A stretch of DNA of 64,000 nt from NCBI GenBank assembly GCA_030141605.1, contig JAQGDQ010000273.1, positions 247,135 to 311,134 of the forward strand. Reading direction: 5' to 3'. The translations under genes and the position numbers were made by a program. Origin of the DNA: Tubiluchus corallicola. Taxonomy: Eukaryota; Animalia; Priapulida. Under the pieces are notes generated by a model, which made no database searches, had not been told where the DNA came from, and was given only the letters and a program-made list of their open reading frames with translations. Shown in pieces: positions 26,692-39,533 of this stretch. Each line of letters starts with the position of its first letter. Positions within the stretch are counted from its first letter, which is position 1.

Positions 26692-28379
26692 ACGGCACTC
26701 CTTGCACACTCCACCTTGGAAAAGTGGATGCTGGCCAATGACAACGTTCTTTTGAAGACAACAGCCAATACAAACATCTGAAAAATATAAGCAGAATATA
26801 TGCTAAGAATCTGAGTTAGTGAAAATACTTTTAGAAAATATTGAGATGCATGCTTTTAACAATGCTGTAATGTAAACGGCCAAATTACATAAAGATGATT
26901 TTAATGAAATACTGCTGATTGTTTCCAGATAAATACACTTTACTTCGAATTTGAGTTCAGTTAAACAGTAAAAAGTTAACCCAGGTTCTCAAAACCAACT
27001 TTACATGTTTTGTTAAAAATTCTGAAAAAAATCTCGTGCATCAGCTATATTTGCCTTAACAATTTTTGTCAGTTATCCATTTTCAGACAAATTCTGAAAA
27101 AAGTACATGTATAACGGCGTTCAGTGTTTCTTGGAATAACTAATTTAGAAAAACCCCTTCTCACTTTATAAATTCATTGAGGAGATGGTACAGAATTGCC
27201 AAAATCTACTTCAGTTTAAATAACGTACCTTCAATACTGTACGTTCTTTTTCTGATTTTGTCCAGAAGAGCCAAATCATTGTCGTCTAAACAACAGCCCT
27301 TTAGTGGATGACAGGTCTTGCTGCACTGAGATTGTGATATCCTTTCCTTCAGCAAATCTAGATGTTGCCGAATGGAATCAGGAATGGGAGCATCTGTAAC
27401 ATAATGGTTTCCATAGCAAGAACTTAGTAATTAGGTTATATGCTATAAATATCAGATAATCACATATTACTTTACTATTTGCAATTTGCAATTCTTGTGG
27501 AAATAAAACAAAGTTCTTCTTAGACACAAAAAATGGAAAGCAATTTAATTTTGACATTTTCCATTTATTTCTTGAATTAAACAAGACATTTACAAAATGG
27601 CAAAATGCAAACATTTCATGGCTGTGATGTTCCTAAGTGTAATACACATGCAATGCACAGTGATTGGCAAAAGAGAATTGTAAAGAACTGAATAGAGCAT
27701 CTGTAAAGGATTTTTTTACATGAAGTGTAGTGGTAAGGGGCTACAAAAATAGTAAAGCATATGTCCAGAGAAACAGAATTCACAGATATAACTAATTTGT
27801 TAGTGATAGGAAGTATCCATTAATGCTCCAGAATTGCGCGAGTAGTAGTTTTCCGTGAAACAATTTTCTGGTAAAGAGTTCCACACGTAAACTGTCCAAG
27901 GGAGAAAAGAGGATTTGTAAGCAGCTGTTCTGCATCTAGGAATGTCCAAGGAAAGCCTATGAAACTGGTGGCAATAGGAACCAATGAAGAGAAGTCCTGG
28001 AACAAAAGTAGCGATAAAGGAAGCTTAATGAGTCAAAGTTCCGCAGCTAACTAGCTAAGATGTGAAGAAAAAAATGAAAGAAGTTTCACGATAGAAACTA
28101 AAATCCACTGCTAAAAGTGCTGTGGCAATAATAATTTTCTTATTCATTAACTGAAGAAGAGGCACTGAATGATGTATGATGGTACAGTTTTCTTACTGGA
28201 CTGTTAATTTTATTATCCATTACCTTAAATAAGGGTTAAAATCTAGCCAAGAAAAGGCCATGTATAAGCTTACCACTGTTAGGATTGAACACAGAAGGGG
28301 CCAGTCCACCAAAACCGTTGTCTGCCCAAACATCAAGGAGTGGTGGATTGTAGTCTAAACGAGCTCTGCGGCAGCATTC
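26692..28379 (-). CDS. DNMT3: DNMT3-like exons 4-6 (post-PWWP linker and first half of the ADD domain), inverted relative to exons 1-3
   Basis: Exons 28379-28274 (ECCRRARLDYNPPLLDVWADNGFGGLAPSVFNPNS), 27393-27229 (DAPIPDSIRQHLDLLKER...LLDKIRKRTYSIE) and 26777-26692 (DVCIGCCLQKNVVIGQHPLFQGGVCKECR). Canonical AG/GT sites, phases 0-1-1-0. The last matches the DNMT3A ADD start RNIEDICISCGS...HPLFVGGMCQNCK. Confidence 0.88.
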
Positions 28380-28551
28380 CTACAACAATAGTTACATCTA
28401 GTCAATCGAGTACCAGTTTTTAAAAAAGGCTAAAAGCAAGGTAAACAGTCGAGTTGACACAGCATGTACTTGGCTAAAAAGTCAAGCAGAATTGAATCTG
28501 GTTAGTAAATGGATAGCTGGAAAAGTTGTTACTAGACAGTGTCAACAGTTA

Positions 28552-29316
28552 AGGCCTGTTCTGACTAGCGTTTTTAGCGCTATTGGCAAAATCGCTGCAA
28601 ACAGGCTCGTTAAAACGTCTAGCGCTACAGCGAGAAAAAAGCTCTTGCAAAAAATGCTGGCAAAGAAACGCTGTAATGCTGCAGCATTAAAAACGCGAGT
28701 GAAAACATTAATTGCAGCAAGAAGCGATATTGCTTTTCAAACGCCACAAAAACGCTCGTGAAAACGGCTATCACTGCAGTGAGAAAAGAGCTTTTGCATG
28801 TTAGAGTTTTTTCTAGCTATGCCACAAAAGCACCTATGAAAATGGCTAACGCAGCATTTTTGCCACAGGTTGCATAATGCGCGTGTCATTGAACAATGCT
28901 GTATACTGGTGTAGACTACACACACTACGTTGTCTAGTAAATAATTTCTCTGCTTTAGTCTAGATTAGTACAAGCTTCATTGCATAATGTGTTGATGATT
29001 TGCTTTTGATGTGAAGACATGTTTGTACATTGCAAATTGTTGAATCAATATGCCAAGAAAAACAAGACATTTGAGTGGGAAAAAAAAGAGACACGGCTAT
29101 ATGCAATGTATTATTTATCAATGAATTAAAAAGTAAGTATATGGTATACCTGTGTACAACCGTACACAAAACTCTCACACAGCGACATCTAAAAACTTCA
29201 GCAAACAAGCTGCTAGTGAAAACACTGAAGCGTTCTAAAAAGCGATATTTATTTTCACTGAGCGTTAAAAATGCCACGTTAAAGGCAGCGAGAAAAACGG
29301 TAGTAAAAATGGGCCT
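28552..29316. mobile_element. PIF/Harbinger-like MITE in the DNMT3 intron
   Basis: Imperfect ~30-bp TIRs (aggcctgttctgactagcgttttt versus reverse complement aggcccatttttactaccgttttt) flanked by TTA. A partial copy lies in the left arm (~26348-26656). Confidence 0.55.
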
Positions 29317-30400
29317 TTACACTGCTTCCAGCTATGCTTCCTCTCGTCGAGTAAGGCAACACACATCTAAATGTTATTAAGACACCAGTACTGATTCAAT
29401 TTCTCATCTTAAAGGATTATCTCTGATAATGAGCAAAGTTCCAGTTATGCCACAAGCATTCAAAATTAGTGCTAGGGCTTGATGCTGAGTGCCTTATTCC
29501 GATTTACAGTGTGTCACAGCATGTGCACACAAAAGCGAAATCTACAATAACACATAACTAGTCATCACTAACTTTTACCATTTTGTTAAAGGGAAAGAAA
29601 AGGAAATTTTAAATTATATCCTAAAAACTTACTATACAAAGTCACATAAATAGCATTGCGCTTAGCTGTTTGAAAGGCGTATGTATTTGTAAAACAAAAT
29701 TCTTAAAAATTTAAAATATTCGTGTCACCTAGTAAAATATAGGGCACTGCATTGCCATCCCAGTGTACACCATTGATTCGCCAAAAATGCATTATTGATT
29801 TTATTGACAATACAAAGTAATTTAAACGATTATTTAGATAGAGAAGAGTGTGCCACGACTGCTCTGATTTATGCAGTGTCATCTAAACTTGTTTTAAAAT
29901 TTGTTACCATTAGAATGCCTGCATCTAACGGTCATCGCGGGAGTTTAAATTTACATGTTTTATGCAGTGTTATTGTTAATGCAAGCTTTGCATGCAGTAA
30001 GACAGCATGCAAGTGATATAAAACTGCAAACTGAATTTGTTGATCTTTATTTCTGAAGAGTGCTTTCTTATGCATTAAGTTACATAAACAACTCAACAGC
30101 TGATCTATTTATGATGTGAACTACATTAGCACTAATTTAAGCAGCACAGCCAAAGCTTATGTATACAAGAATGTAAATTTAACATTGAACTGTCATTAAC
30201 AAGGTGCTATACCAGTAAGATTTCTTCTAGAGCCAGCTGATACATCTTTTTGTATGTTGCTCTGCACAGCAAACTTGAGAATTCTTTTACAAAATCTGCC
30301 AGTCTCCAATGAGGTAACTAAATTACACAAATTTGTTTGTGTTAGCTAATTGACAAACACTGTCAAAGTTACAAAGTGCAATACAATTTGAAAGCTTCAA
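29006..30400 (-). repeat. Right arm of the inverted duplication, with a second intact copy of DNMT3 exon 3 (30317-30213)
   Basis: Reverse complement of 25260-26656; the exon copy and its splice sites look identical. Confidence 0.95.
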
Positions 30401-31705
30401 ACCAGAAGCTTTTCTGCATATGCTGTATACAGTTATTCAACTCCTCTGTATATTAAAAATTTGAAAAAAATTCCCTTGTGTGTTTTATTCTGAAGCAAGA
30501 GAAATAAACAAACCACAACACACTATTAGCGTTGATTATTGTATTAACAATTTATGAACTTCATACTCCTTAAGGACAAAAGGACAAAATATAAAATAAT
30601 GACGTTTACGATAATGATGATGACGATGATAATGATGATGATGATAGTGATAACGATGTTAAGCCTCAAAGAGGGGAGATTTCTCCAATGGAAAAAATGG
30701 TTTAACTTGCGGTTTCCAGACTAAATAATTTGTCTACAAAGCTTTTCCTGCACCCAAAACACTTAAAAGGCTTTTATTGAACAGTTGACTAGAACACTTT
30801 AAACAATAACTTTCAGTGATCATGACTTTGTTAAGCTTAGACTCTGTTGTGCAAACTATGATAACTTTCACTCAAGTCTTACAGTGATAAATTACAGTGA
30901 AAAAAACAATAAGACTTTTCAACTGTTTATTCTACCACTTTTAATAGCTGGAAAACAATAATGATATTTTATTGTTTTTATACAAAAATAACAATAGTAA
31001 TTTACCGCCATGATGTTCGTGACAATAATAGTAAAAAAACTGAAAATCATTTAAATTTCGATATGTAGTCTTTATTACTTAAGCATAATAAAAGGGTAAG
31101 CAATATAAAAATATTACCTTTGGAATGCTCCACGTGTGGAAAAATTGGCTTAATTCCACACCGGACATAATATTGTTCTTATAAATTATAAACAATGTTA
31201 CTTTCATAAGAAATAACTAAGTTTACAAGTAAACAACTATTAAATAATTTTTGTGAGTTTAGCCTTTCTTAGAACAGCATTCAACAGTGCCCTTAAACAA
31301 GAGCCCCTTATCTCAAATAGAAGTCTTCAAAAAAGGAGCTCTTTATCTCAAAAGAGGACACAAACAGGGCCATTTTTGTAAACTTCAGACTCCCAGACCT
31401 CCTTTTTTAAAGTTGAAATTTTGTTTAATGTCAATGCTAGATGTTAAAATTTTAAACTGATTTTTCACTTTACATATTTTATGAAAATGTTTTAGTTGAA
31501 TGTTGAGGGACCTAGACTGCTGCCTATGCTAGCCTATTGCATAACCCAGCCCTGTTTGTGGCCTAATCAGAATATGGCTCAGAAACCAAAATATCTTTTT
31601 ACGACGAGCTACTGAACTGGCAGTGGTGTTCTCAGTCTAAAAGGACAATAACTACGATCAATTTGGCAAATTAAATGTAGATCGAGTATCGAAGCCTCGG
31701 TGTAA

Positions 31706-32105
31706 TAGGGGTGCGCATTCTCTACCAGAAAGCGAATTCGAATCAAATCAAATGTGTGACTTTCAAATACGAATCAAACCGAATTTCACTACTTCGAATC
31801 CGAACAGAATTGAGTTTGAAAGATTTACGAACAAGTTTTTAAACCAGTAGCAAAAAGTAGTCTTACAAAGATCATGTATATTACTTGGTTTTATTCTGCA
31901 GTAAAAGCACTATTAGATCGTTACAAATTTTGCACAGAAACTGCAGCTAAATTGCACGAATTGCATGGTGTTTCAAACATTTTAATGATAAAGAATGTAT
32001 GTGGCTGAAGTGCTGAATTATTCAAATCTATAATTTTAGATTTGAATCGAATTCGGATTTAAAAACTTATTCACATTTGATTTGAACGTTCGATGCTCAC
32101 CCCTA
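31706..32105. mobile_element. hAT-like MITE
   Basis: TIRs taggggtgcgcat / atgctcaccccta; imperfect 8-bp TSD (cggtgtaa / ctgtataa); many subterminal tcgaat/attcga motifs. Similar motif clusters occur at ~10243-10520. Confidence 0.65.
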
Positions 32106-32152
32106 CTGTATAAGTACAAAATCCCATGCATAAATAAACACCTTCGGTGTGT

Positions 32153-35067
32153 TCAGACAGTATGACTATAATTCAGAACAGTATGGAAAATTTCAAAGCA
32201 GGAAACAACACAAAAGTTTGTCTCACACTCATCACAACAGAAGATTGTATGTCTCGTTATACCCCTGGTAGAGCAAACAGAGCAACTACGGAGAGCTTTT
32301 TCTCGTGGAGATAGAATTTTTGGAAAGTGACGAGCAGTGAGTCGAAGTGGGATACCATCTGAAGGTGTGGTCATACACCTGGAATCATCTGTTGTTTGGT
32401 TATTGCGATCATCAGGTGAAAATCTGCACTGGGGGTCAGCTGTTGCTCTGGTCTTTCTATGTGAAGGTGAGATCACATAAATAAAATCATTTGTTGATTG
32501 GCTATTGCCACCTGAAGGTGAGGTCACACAATTAGAATCATCTCTTGGTCAGGTAGTTCTATCTAAAAGTGAAGTCACGCAACTGGAGTCTTCTGTTGTT
32601 TGGTTTTTGCAAATTGAAGATGAGGTCACATTACTGGAATCGTGTGTTGTTTGGATCTTGCCATCTAAAAATGAGGTCACATTACTGCAATCGCGTGTTG
32701 TTTGGACCTTGCCATCTAAAGATGAGGTCACATAAATGAAATCATCTGCTGCTTGATTCTTAACATCTGATGAACAGGTCACGCAAATGGAATCATCTGT
32801 TACTTGTTACTTGCTTTTGTGTGGGTGTCCATCACTACTCTCATCAGCATCTTTAGGATTCAAACGTGTCGTACCAAAACTGGAATTATCCTTGTTGACC
32901 TTGCTGATTTTGTGTGGTTCATCAGTGCGACTCTTAGACAATTTACATATATCGGTTATACAGTGTTTGTGAACTGACTGTTTCTGTCATTTGAAGCAGT
33001 TATCTTGGAGAATAAATTAAAAAAAGACGGAACCATTTTGCCCAACGTCGGTGACCTGATCCTCAGGAATGTTTCCTGTCTTCCTGAAAGGCAAGCATCT
33101 GGAAACTTGAGAACATTTTTTAGATTCTTCTGCTGGCTTCTTGTTACTGGCATGGTTACTGCTTGAGTTTTAAATGATCTATCACAATCACTACACTTAA
33201 AAGGTTTAGTGGTAATCAAGTTGTGCTAATCGTTTATGAATTTTCTGTCTGTGATTATGTAATTCTGCTTCAGTACAAAATGATCTATAACAGTTGCCAA
33301 TTAACAGGTTTTTCATTTGTGTCGATATTAACATGTTTGATGAAACTAGCAATTTCACTAAAAGAATTATCACAGACCTTACAGAACCTTTCACTTCAAG
33401 CTACGCTTCATGTGAATCTTTTTATGCTTGTTTAAAAAAGCTTTTTCATTAAAAGAAGCATCACAAACAACACAATTAAACATTTTTAACTTTCTGTTCT
33501 GATTTGAATGAGTTTTGTTATGAATGTTGAAAAGCAAAGATATCCTAAAAGACTTTTCGCACTGATCACACTTGTATGGTTTCTCATAAATATGGTTTCT
33601 CGTGTGCACATTCAAACTTGATGCCTGACTAAATGTTGCCTTGCACGTTGAGCTCTTAAATGGCTCCAAACTCTTGTGAGTTCTCACGTGCTGCATTAAA
33701 TCTAACGAATGTATGAAATCCTTCTGACGTATGTTGCACTTAAATGGCTTATCCGACGAGCCAACATGAGTCAACATGTGAGTTTTGACATCAGAAACCT
33801 GATGAAAATTCAATTTGCAATAACTACACTGATGTTTTGCGGATTTAGAATATTGAACTTGCTGCAACGGATCAGAGCCACCTGGTGTGGCTATAATCGT
33901 GGAATCCGAGAATTTGGTTCGATCCTCACCGGAAGATGTAAAACCTGCTTGCGACGGTTCAGCAGTTTTGACATCTCTGATCTCACCAGTTGGTACAACG
34001 GCAACTACGGCATCAAGTTCACCTGCTTTTGCCATCATTTCACATTCGACAGCTTTCTTATGCTGAACTTTTTTGCGGTTAGTATCACTACCGTCACCAA
34101 TCGGAACATTTGGAATAAGATCTAACTTTCTGCAAACGTTTTCATGCCACGTCCAATCTGACAAATTACCAAAAGACCGCTGACACCGAATGCACATATA
34201 AGTTTCTCCACAAGTCACATCGTTGCCATGTCCTGCGCTAGATAACGTCACCAGGCAAGGTTCTAAATTAGAAAGCACTGTAAGTGGTACCATTGATGCA
34301 TCCATCTGATATAAGCTAGACGACAGATCGACTTTGGATGTCTCGTTTGCAAAAATACTCATTTTGCTCTGAGATGTTTTACTTGATCTGGCTAAAAAAA
34401 CATTTGGCGACATCTCCGGCAAAGAATAAACTGCACTGCCTAAATTCTGTGCATAGTGATTTTCCTATGTAATTTCTCCATTCATTCTTGGCATTAAATC
34501 AGTTTTGTAGAAACTGACAACATCGTTGTCTGTGTTATTTAAATCCACAGGCAATGCAGAATCATTGTTACTCATTTCAAAACAATCATTACTCTCCCCT
34601 GTGCTTACATTATAATTGGCAAGTATCAAATCTGGTTCATTTCTTATAATTTCATCACTAATCTCGTCTAAGATGGCAGATAATGAAGGATTTTCCTGGG
34701 ACCTTGGCTCCCTAGGCCAGCTTTCTTCACATTTAACACGAGGGAAGTTAGTTGCATATTGTGCACCATTAACACTGCCTCCGATCGAAATAACAGATGT
34801 TAAATTTACATCAGCATTGTTGATATCAAATATTACAGCATCACATTGCTGATGTGGTCTTTCTATTTCACTACAACACACTGTGAATTGATCCGTCTCT
34901 TTCTGAACTTCGGACTCATCCATTTCTTTAATCACGCAACATTTTTCACAACAACAATTAATCTTGTTATCATAACAAGGCGGTTTAAAGCAGTAGCGGT
35001 GGCGTGGTACTGCCTGCAAATCTTTGAGAACACGGTTTACTACAAAGCTAATATTCGTGCTCGTCAA
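32153..35067 (-). pseudogene. Intronless C2H2 zinc-finger pseudogene with 17-aa repeats and a C-terminal piggyBac-type cysteine-rich domain
   Basis: ORFs 35067-34465 and 34422-33391 share a frame separated by one TAG. Fingers include CSYCKLNFHQVSDVKTHMLTH, CDQCEKSFRISLLFNIHNKTH and CVVCDASFNEKAFLNKHKKIH with KPF/KPY linkers; some Cys are lost (CNIR, SSTC). More fingers continue across frameshifts (33390-33180). Ends in RLTARHFP...CSVC...TIFCCDECETNFCVVSCFEIFHT. Confidence 0.8.
32340..32805 (-). repeat. Coding minisatellite, 51-bp (17-aa) unit, ~8-9 degenerate copies
   Basis: gaggtcac recurs at 32622, 32673 and 32724; peptide units such as DDFIYVTSSLDGKVQTT and RDCSNVTSFLDGKIQTT. Confidence 0.85.
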
Positions 35068-37671
35068 TGTCGGTAACTCGTTGACCTTGAAACTCGTTTG
35101 TCGTAATCGAGCAGCAGCAAGAGCTGAAATAAAAAAACCAAAACTTCAGATAAAACAGAATAAATTTCATCTCAAAAGCAAACTGCAGCGAACCGCTATA
35201 TGGGTGCTTAACAAATCATCACTGGAATATTTTTGACAACAAATACACTGTTACTATGCAGAGTATTATATGCCCATGTCCTCGACAATAAACCAAATTG
35301 AAATCGAAACCATTACACTTTGTACTAAAAATAATGCTAACAACTACTGTCATAATCAGTAAAAGCTTCGCATTTTAAATTCAAGTCTATGTCACAATCG
35401 TGCTATAATCGACTACTTGACTAAAATCACAAATATAATACAATATTATTATTACCAAATAAATATTATTCACATCTCTTCATTTCATTTTTATTCAAAT
35501 ATATATATGGGACCTATTACTCGTAGCTTCGAAGTCAGGGCACTTTTACAAGGTTGGCTTCTTTAAAGGAAGAACCAACCATCAAACAACATTCATTGCA
35601 TTTTAATATACCATTAAAAATGTAGAAATCACTACACAAGATATGTGCAAAATGGCACATAGAATGCTTTGCTTAAAAATGTAAAATAAATTTAAATATT
35701 TTCCATCTTCCGCCAATCGAACGTTGCTGCCAAACGTTACATAGCTTTAACACACAGGATTATGCCACAAAATGTGTAAGTAGTATACATTAATTGCGTA
35801 AATGTAACTAATTTACAGACTTGACTTTCAGATATAAATGCAAACTTGCGAGCATACAGTAGCTATCGAGTGGGTTAGTTAGTTTGTAGTGTTTTGCTCT
35901 ATATGTCAAAAAACAGATTGTCGCAGCACTTGGCAGAATATGTTGCATGGTAACCAGATGGAGCCATTTCACCAAAATGAGTGGGTCCAAGTGCTCGCAT
36001 TTAAATTGAAATTATTCATTACACGAGGTGCTTATCACAATTTCTTATCACAAGTTCACGAGAGACTAGGATTTTGTTTACCTCACTGCAACACAAATTA
36101 TTCACAAATGTAGCTAATTATTTTTTTTTCAGAATTTGTTAACCATTGAATTCTTTTACTGTATTCATTTTGTATTTGTGTTGATGTGAAATAAACAATC
36201 TTGAATCTTTAAACTGAACTAACCGTATCCTCGAATCAGTTTTGCTGCATAGACCTGCATTATGGGCTCTACATTTTTTTGAAATTGTAAACTTTCTTAC
36301 ACAAAATTAGTAAAATTATTTTAGGCTATGCATTTTAGGCAACAGTTGCTTGGGATTGTAGAACATGTACATTAATATTTGCTGCTGAGATACTAAACAC
36401 ATCATATGCCCATTACGTCTATTGTAGACAGAATTCTAGAAGTAAAACACTAGCCGAAGAAGGGCAAATGCCGCACGTGGGCTAGTCCAAGTAAGACATG
36501 CCACACATGGGCTGCCCAAGTAAGACATGCCATAGAACCAGCTAAAAAACCTGCATGAGGACAAATTTTAACATACTTAGATTTTGCACAGAAATATTTA
36601 AACACTTCAGCATTGATCCTTAGAAATAAATCCACTTGGGCATTGCAGTGTGTATGGAGTCCTATGCCGTAACGCATGTAGCCATAACAGTGAGCAATAA
36701 GGTTAATCTTTTAACTACGCCTACTCAATTCGACGAAAAAGCGGACCGCCTACGGCTAAGACTTATACAAGCCGTCAAGAAATTATTGGAACTAATTATT
36801 ATTCTGGGAACCAGTGTCGGCGTTAAGACGTGCGGAATCCAAATAGAAAATAGTGATGGTGGCCATCTACCCCACAAACACTGCAGAACAGCATAAATGT
36901 CTAGGATATATTATTACTATTATTATTTTTTTCATTTTTTTATTGTTATTTGTATGTAATTGTAGCTGGACTGGTAAGAAAGACTACAACAAAACACAAT
37001 AATTATTTAGATAACCCAAATTAATCACCTACGAAGGTGACAAGATAGTGCAGTACATATCACATGCCATATAATATCATCATTATCATGAAGTACAATA
37101 ACGTAAGTGTAAACAAAAGTGCTAAACTTTACATACCTAATGACAATAACAGTTAACACACAGGTAATGCAAAATTATATAAAACATTACGAGTTTTGAT
37201 TGAGACTGCTGTGAAGGCAAGTTTTAAAAGAAGCTTATTTTTTCTAGGCATTATTTTACAACTTCAAAATTTGCGATTAGTTCCCACGTCTTTTGCTTAA
37301 CAGGCAAAACTGTGCAAATGCACATTAAGTTGAACTTGTGGACTTGTAAGCTTTAACTTATGCCCACAAAGATACTAGACAACACAGTGAGACCTTTGTA
37401 GTCATAATCAATAAGGCCATGTACCTTCTGGTAAGTAAGAATCAAGTCATCTCGCTGACGCCTTAAGTTCTACGTAGAGGGTTTGACTATCGTTCATCAC
37501 AACTTAGTAAAATTAAAATCCAAATGAAATGACAATCTAACCAAAACTACATATGCAGGGCTAGTCAATGACCATTTTAAAAAAAATCTACACTATTAAT
37601 GGTGAGGATAAACTGAAATTACAAAAAAAGAATGAACAAACAATGAACAAGAATGAACATATAGCATATCG

Positions 37672-37895
<224 letters not shown>

Positions 37896-39008
37896 ACCTG
37901 TATAATAACAATAATAATACAAGTATAAAAACATTAAAATATAGACATACGAAGAGAGGCTAAATAGATTTACTGCTTCGCAGCATGAAGAAACTACCTG
38001 TATGTTGCACACTCATTAATTCATCATAGTGACACTAGTAAGATTAATATTTTCTAAATTATGACTATAAAGTGCAGCATGACATAATTGCTACTCACAC
38101 TACTCAATACTCATTTTCGTTTTACAGCAACTAACAAAAATCGCAAATCGATCACTAATCAAAATAAATCACACCAAACAAAGACCAAAATTCTATATCT
38201 GGAATTTCGCAAAGCATCAGTGTGGGTTTTCATCACAAAATTATTAGTTTCAAATTTGTGACAAATCTAATCCCGGGTGGTGTGGATTTTTAGTAGCAAT
38301 ACTAAGTAGTAAATAGTAGTAAAAATTGTGTTTATTGTCGGTATATTACAAAAATAACATTTGCCCATTGCTATTTTCCGACAAAGAAAAAAAACGGAAT
38401 AAAAACTCTACAATTCACACAGTGTATGAGCGGAGTACTAGATTGACAAGAATACATACCTTACAGAGCTGCCATCTGTGGGCAGCTGCACAAAATTTGG
38501 TAGAAATGGTAAAATACGAGTTGTAATATCGGTATGTAATGGCATATATGTGTTTCATAATATGGGTAGGTACTGGGTATGTGCGTATTTATGTGAAATT
38601 TAGTATGGGTATATAAGAGATTCATAGATAGTAGACTCAATCACAAAATAATGGTTTACATGACAATTAACAGGACAATTATAAATGCAAAGCAAATTAA
38701 CCGATTAAAAAACTATAATTGGTGTGCATAACGTAATCACAGCGTTGACAATTTATATACAGTATAGTTGCGAAATTAATAAGGGCAAGGTTGTAATTTT
38801 GTGGGTAACTCCAGCAGGTTAAATGGCTAGCTGACGGCCGAGGGCAGTAACTATTAATTCCTACTTTTGAGAAAAATGCAGTCAAAGCTTGCAGTGCTGC
38901 CCCCAAGTAATATAGCATCATTGAAGATACCTTCCACACAAAACAGGCGTATAACTGACTGCTTTCAACGTACTTCTGTGGTAGACACTGATATTTTACT
39001 CTGTTTGC

Positions 39009-39533
39009 TTAAAGGAAGACCGGACGATTGTTTAGACTCAATCTCACTTTAATTTACTGTCCAAAATATACATTTTCTTGCCTATAAAAGTTGGCAATTG
39101 TTTTTTATATTTGAATAATTAGCTTAGAAATTTAATTAACGGCAACCGGACACAGCTATTGCTTACGTCAGAAACTAACCACAGTTTGTGCAATGACAAG
39201 CGTTACAGTACTGTTTAAACGCACAATGTCACGAAAAATGGGCTTTATAGCATATGCCGCCATAAATCCAACTCAACAGTTCATGACCATGGTTATCACA
39301 GTACCGCCTTCTGTTTGTCGGTCACGCCCATGTTACAAAAAGGCGCCGCTACCAATCTTAGTAGATTCACTGAACCGCGCGCAGCTTTGAAAGTTTAGCG
39401 AAATTTGAGTATCCGAGGCAATTATTATTTAATCTAAGCTTTGATTTAAAAAAAGCTATTGTACAGTTTTCAATATTTTAGAGCATTCTTTATTCTGAGC
39501 TCGTGTTTACACAGTCGTCCGGTTTTCGTTTAA
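39009..39533. mobile_element. TTAA-flanked MITE, Kolobok-like termini
   Basis: ttaa-aggaagaccggacga ... tcgtccggttttcgt-ttaa with imperfect ~27-bp TIRs. A related end (catcctgtcttcctttaa) occurs at ~57025-57042 and ~61562-61579. Confidence 0.6.
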
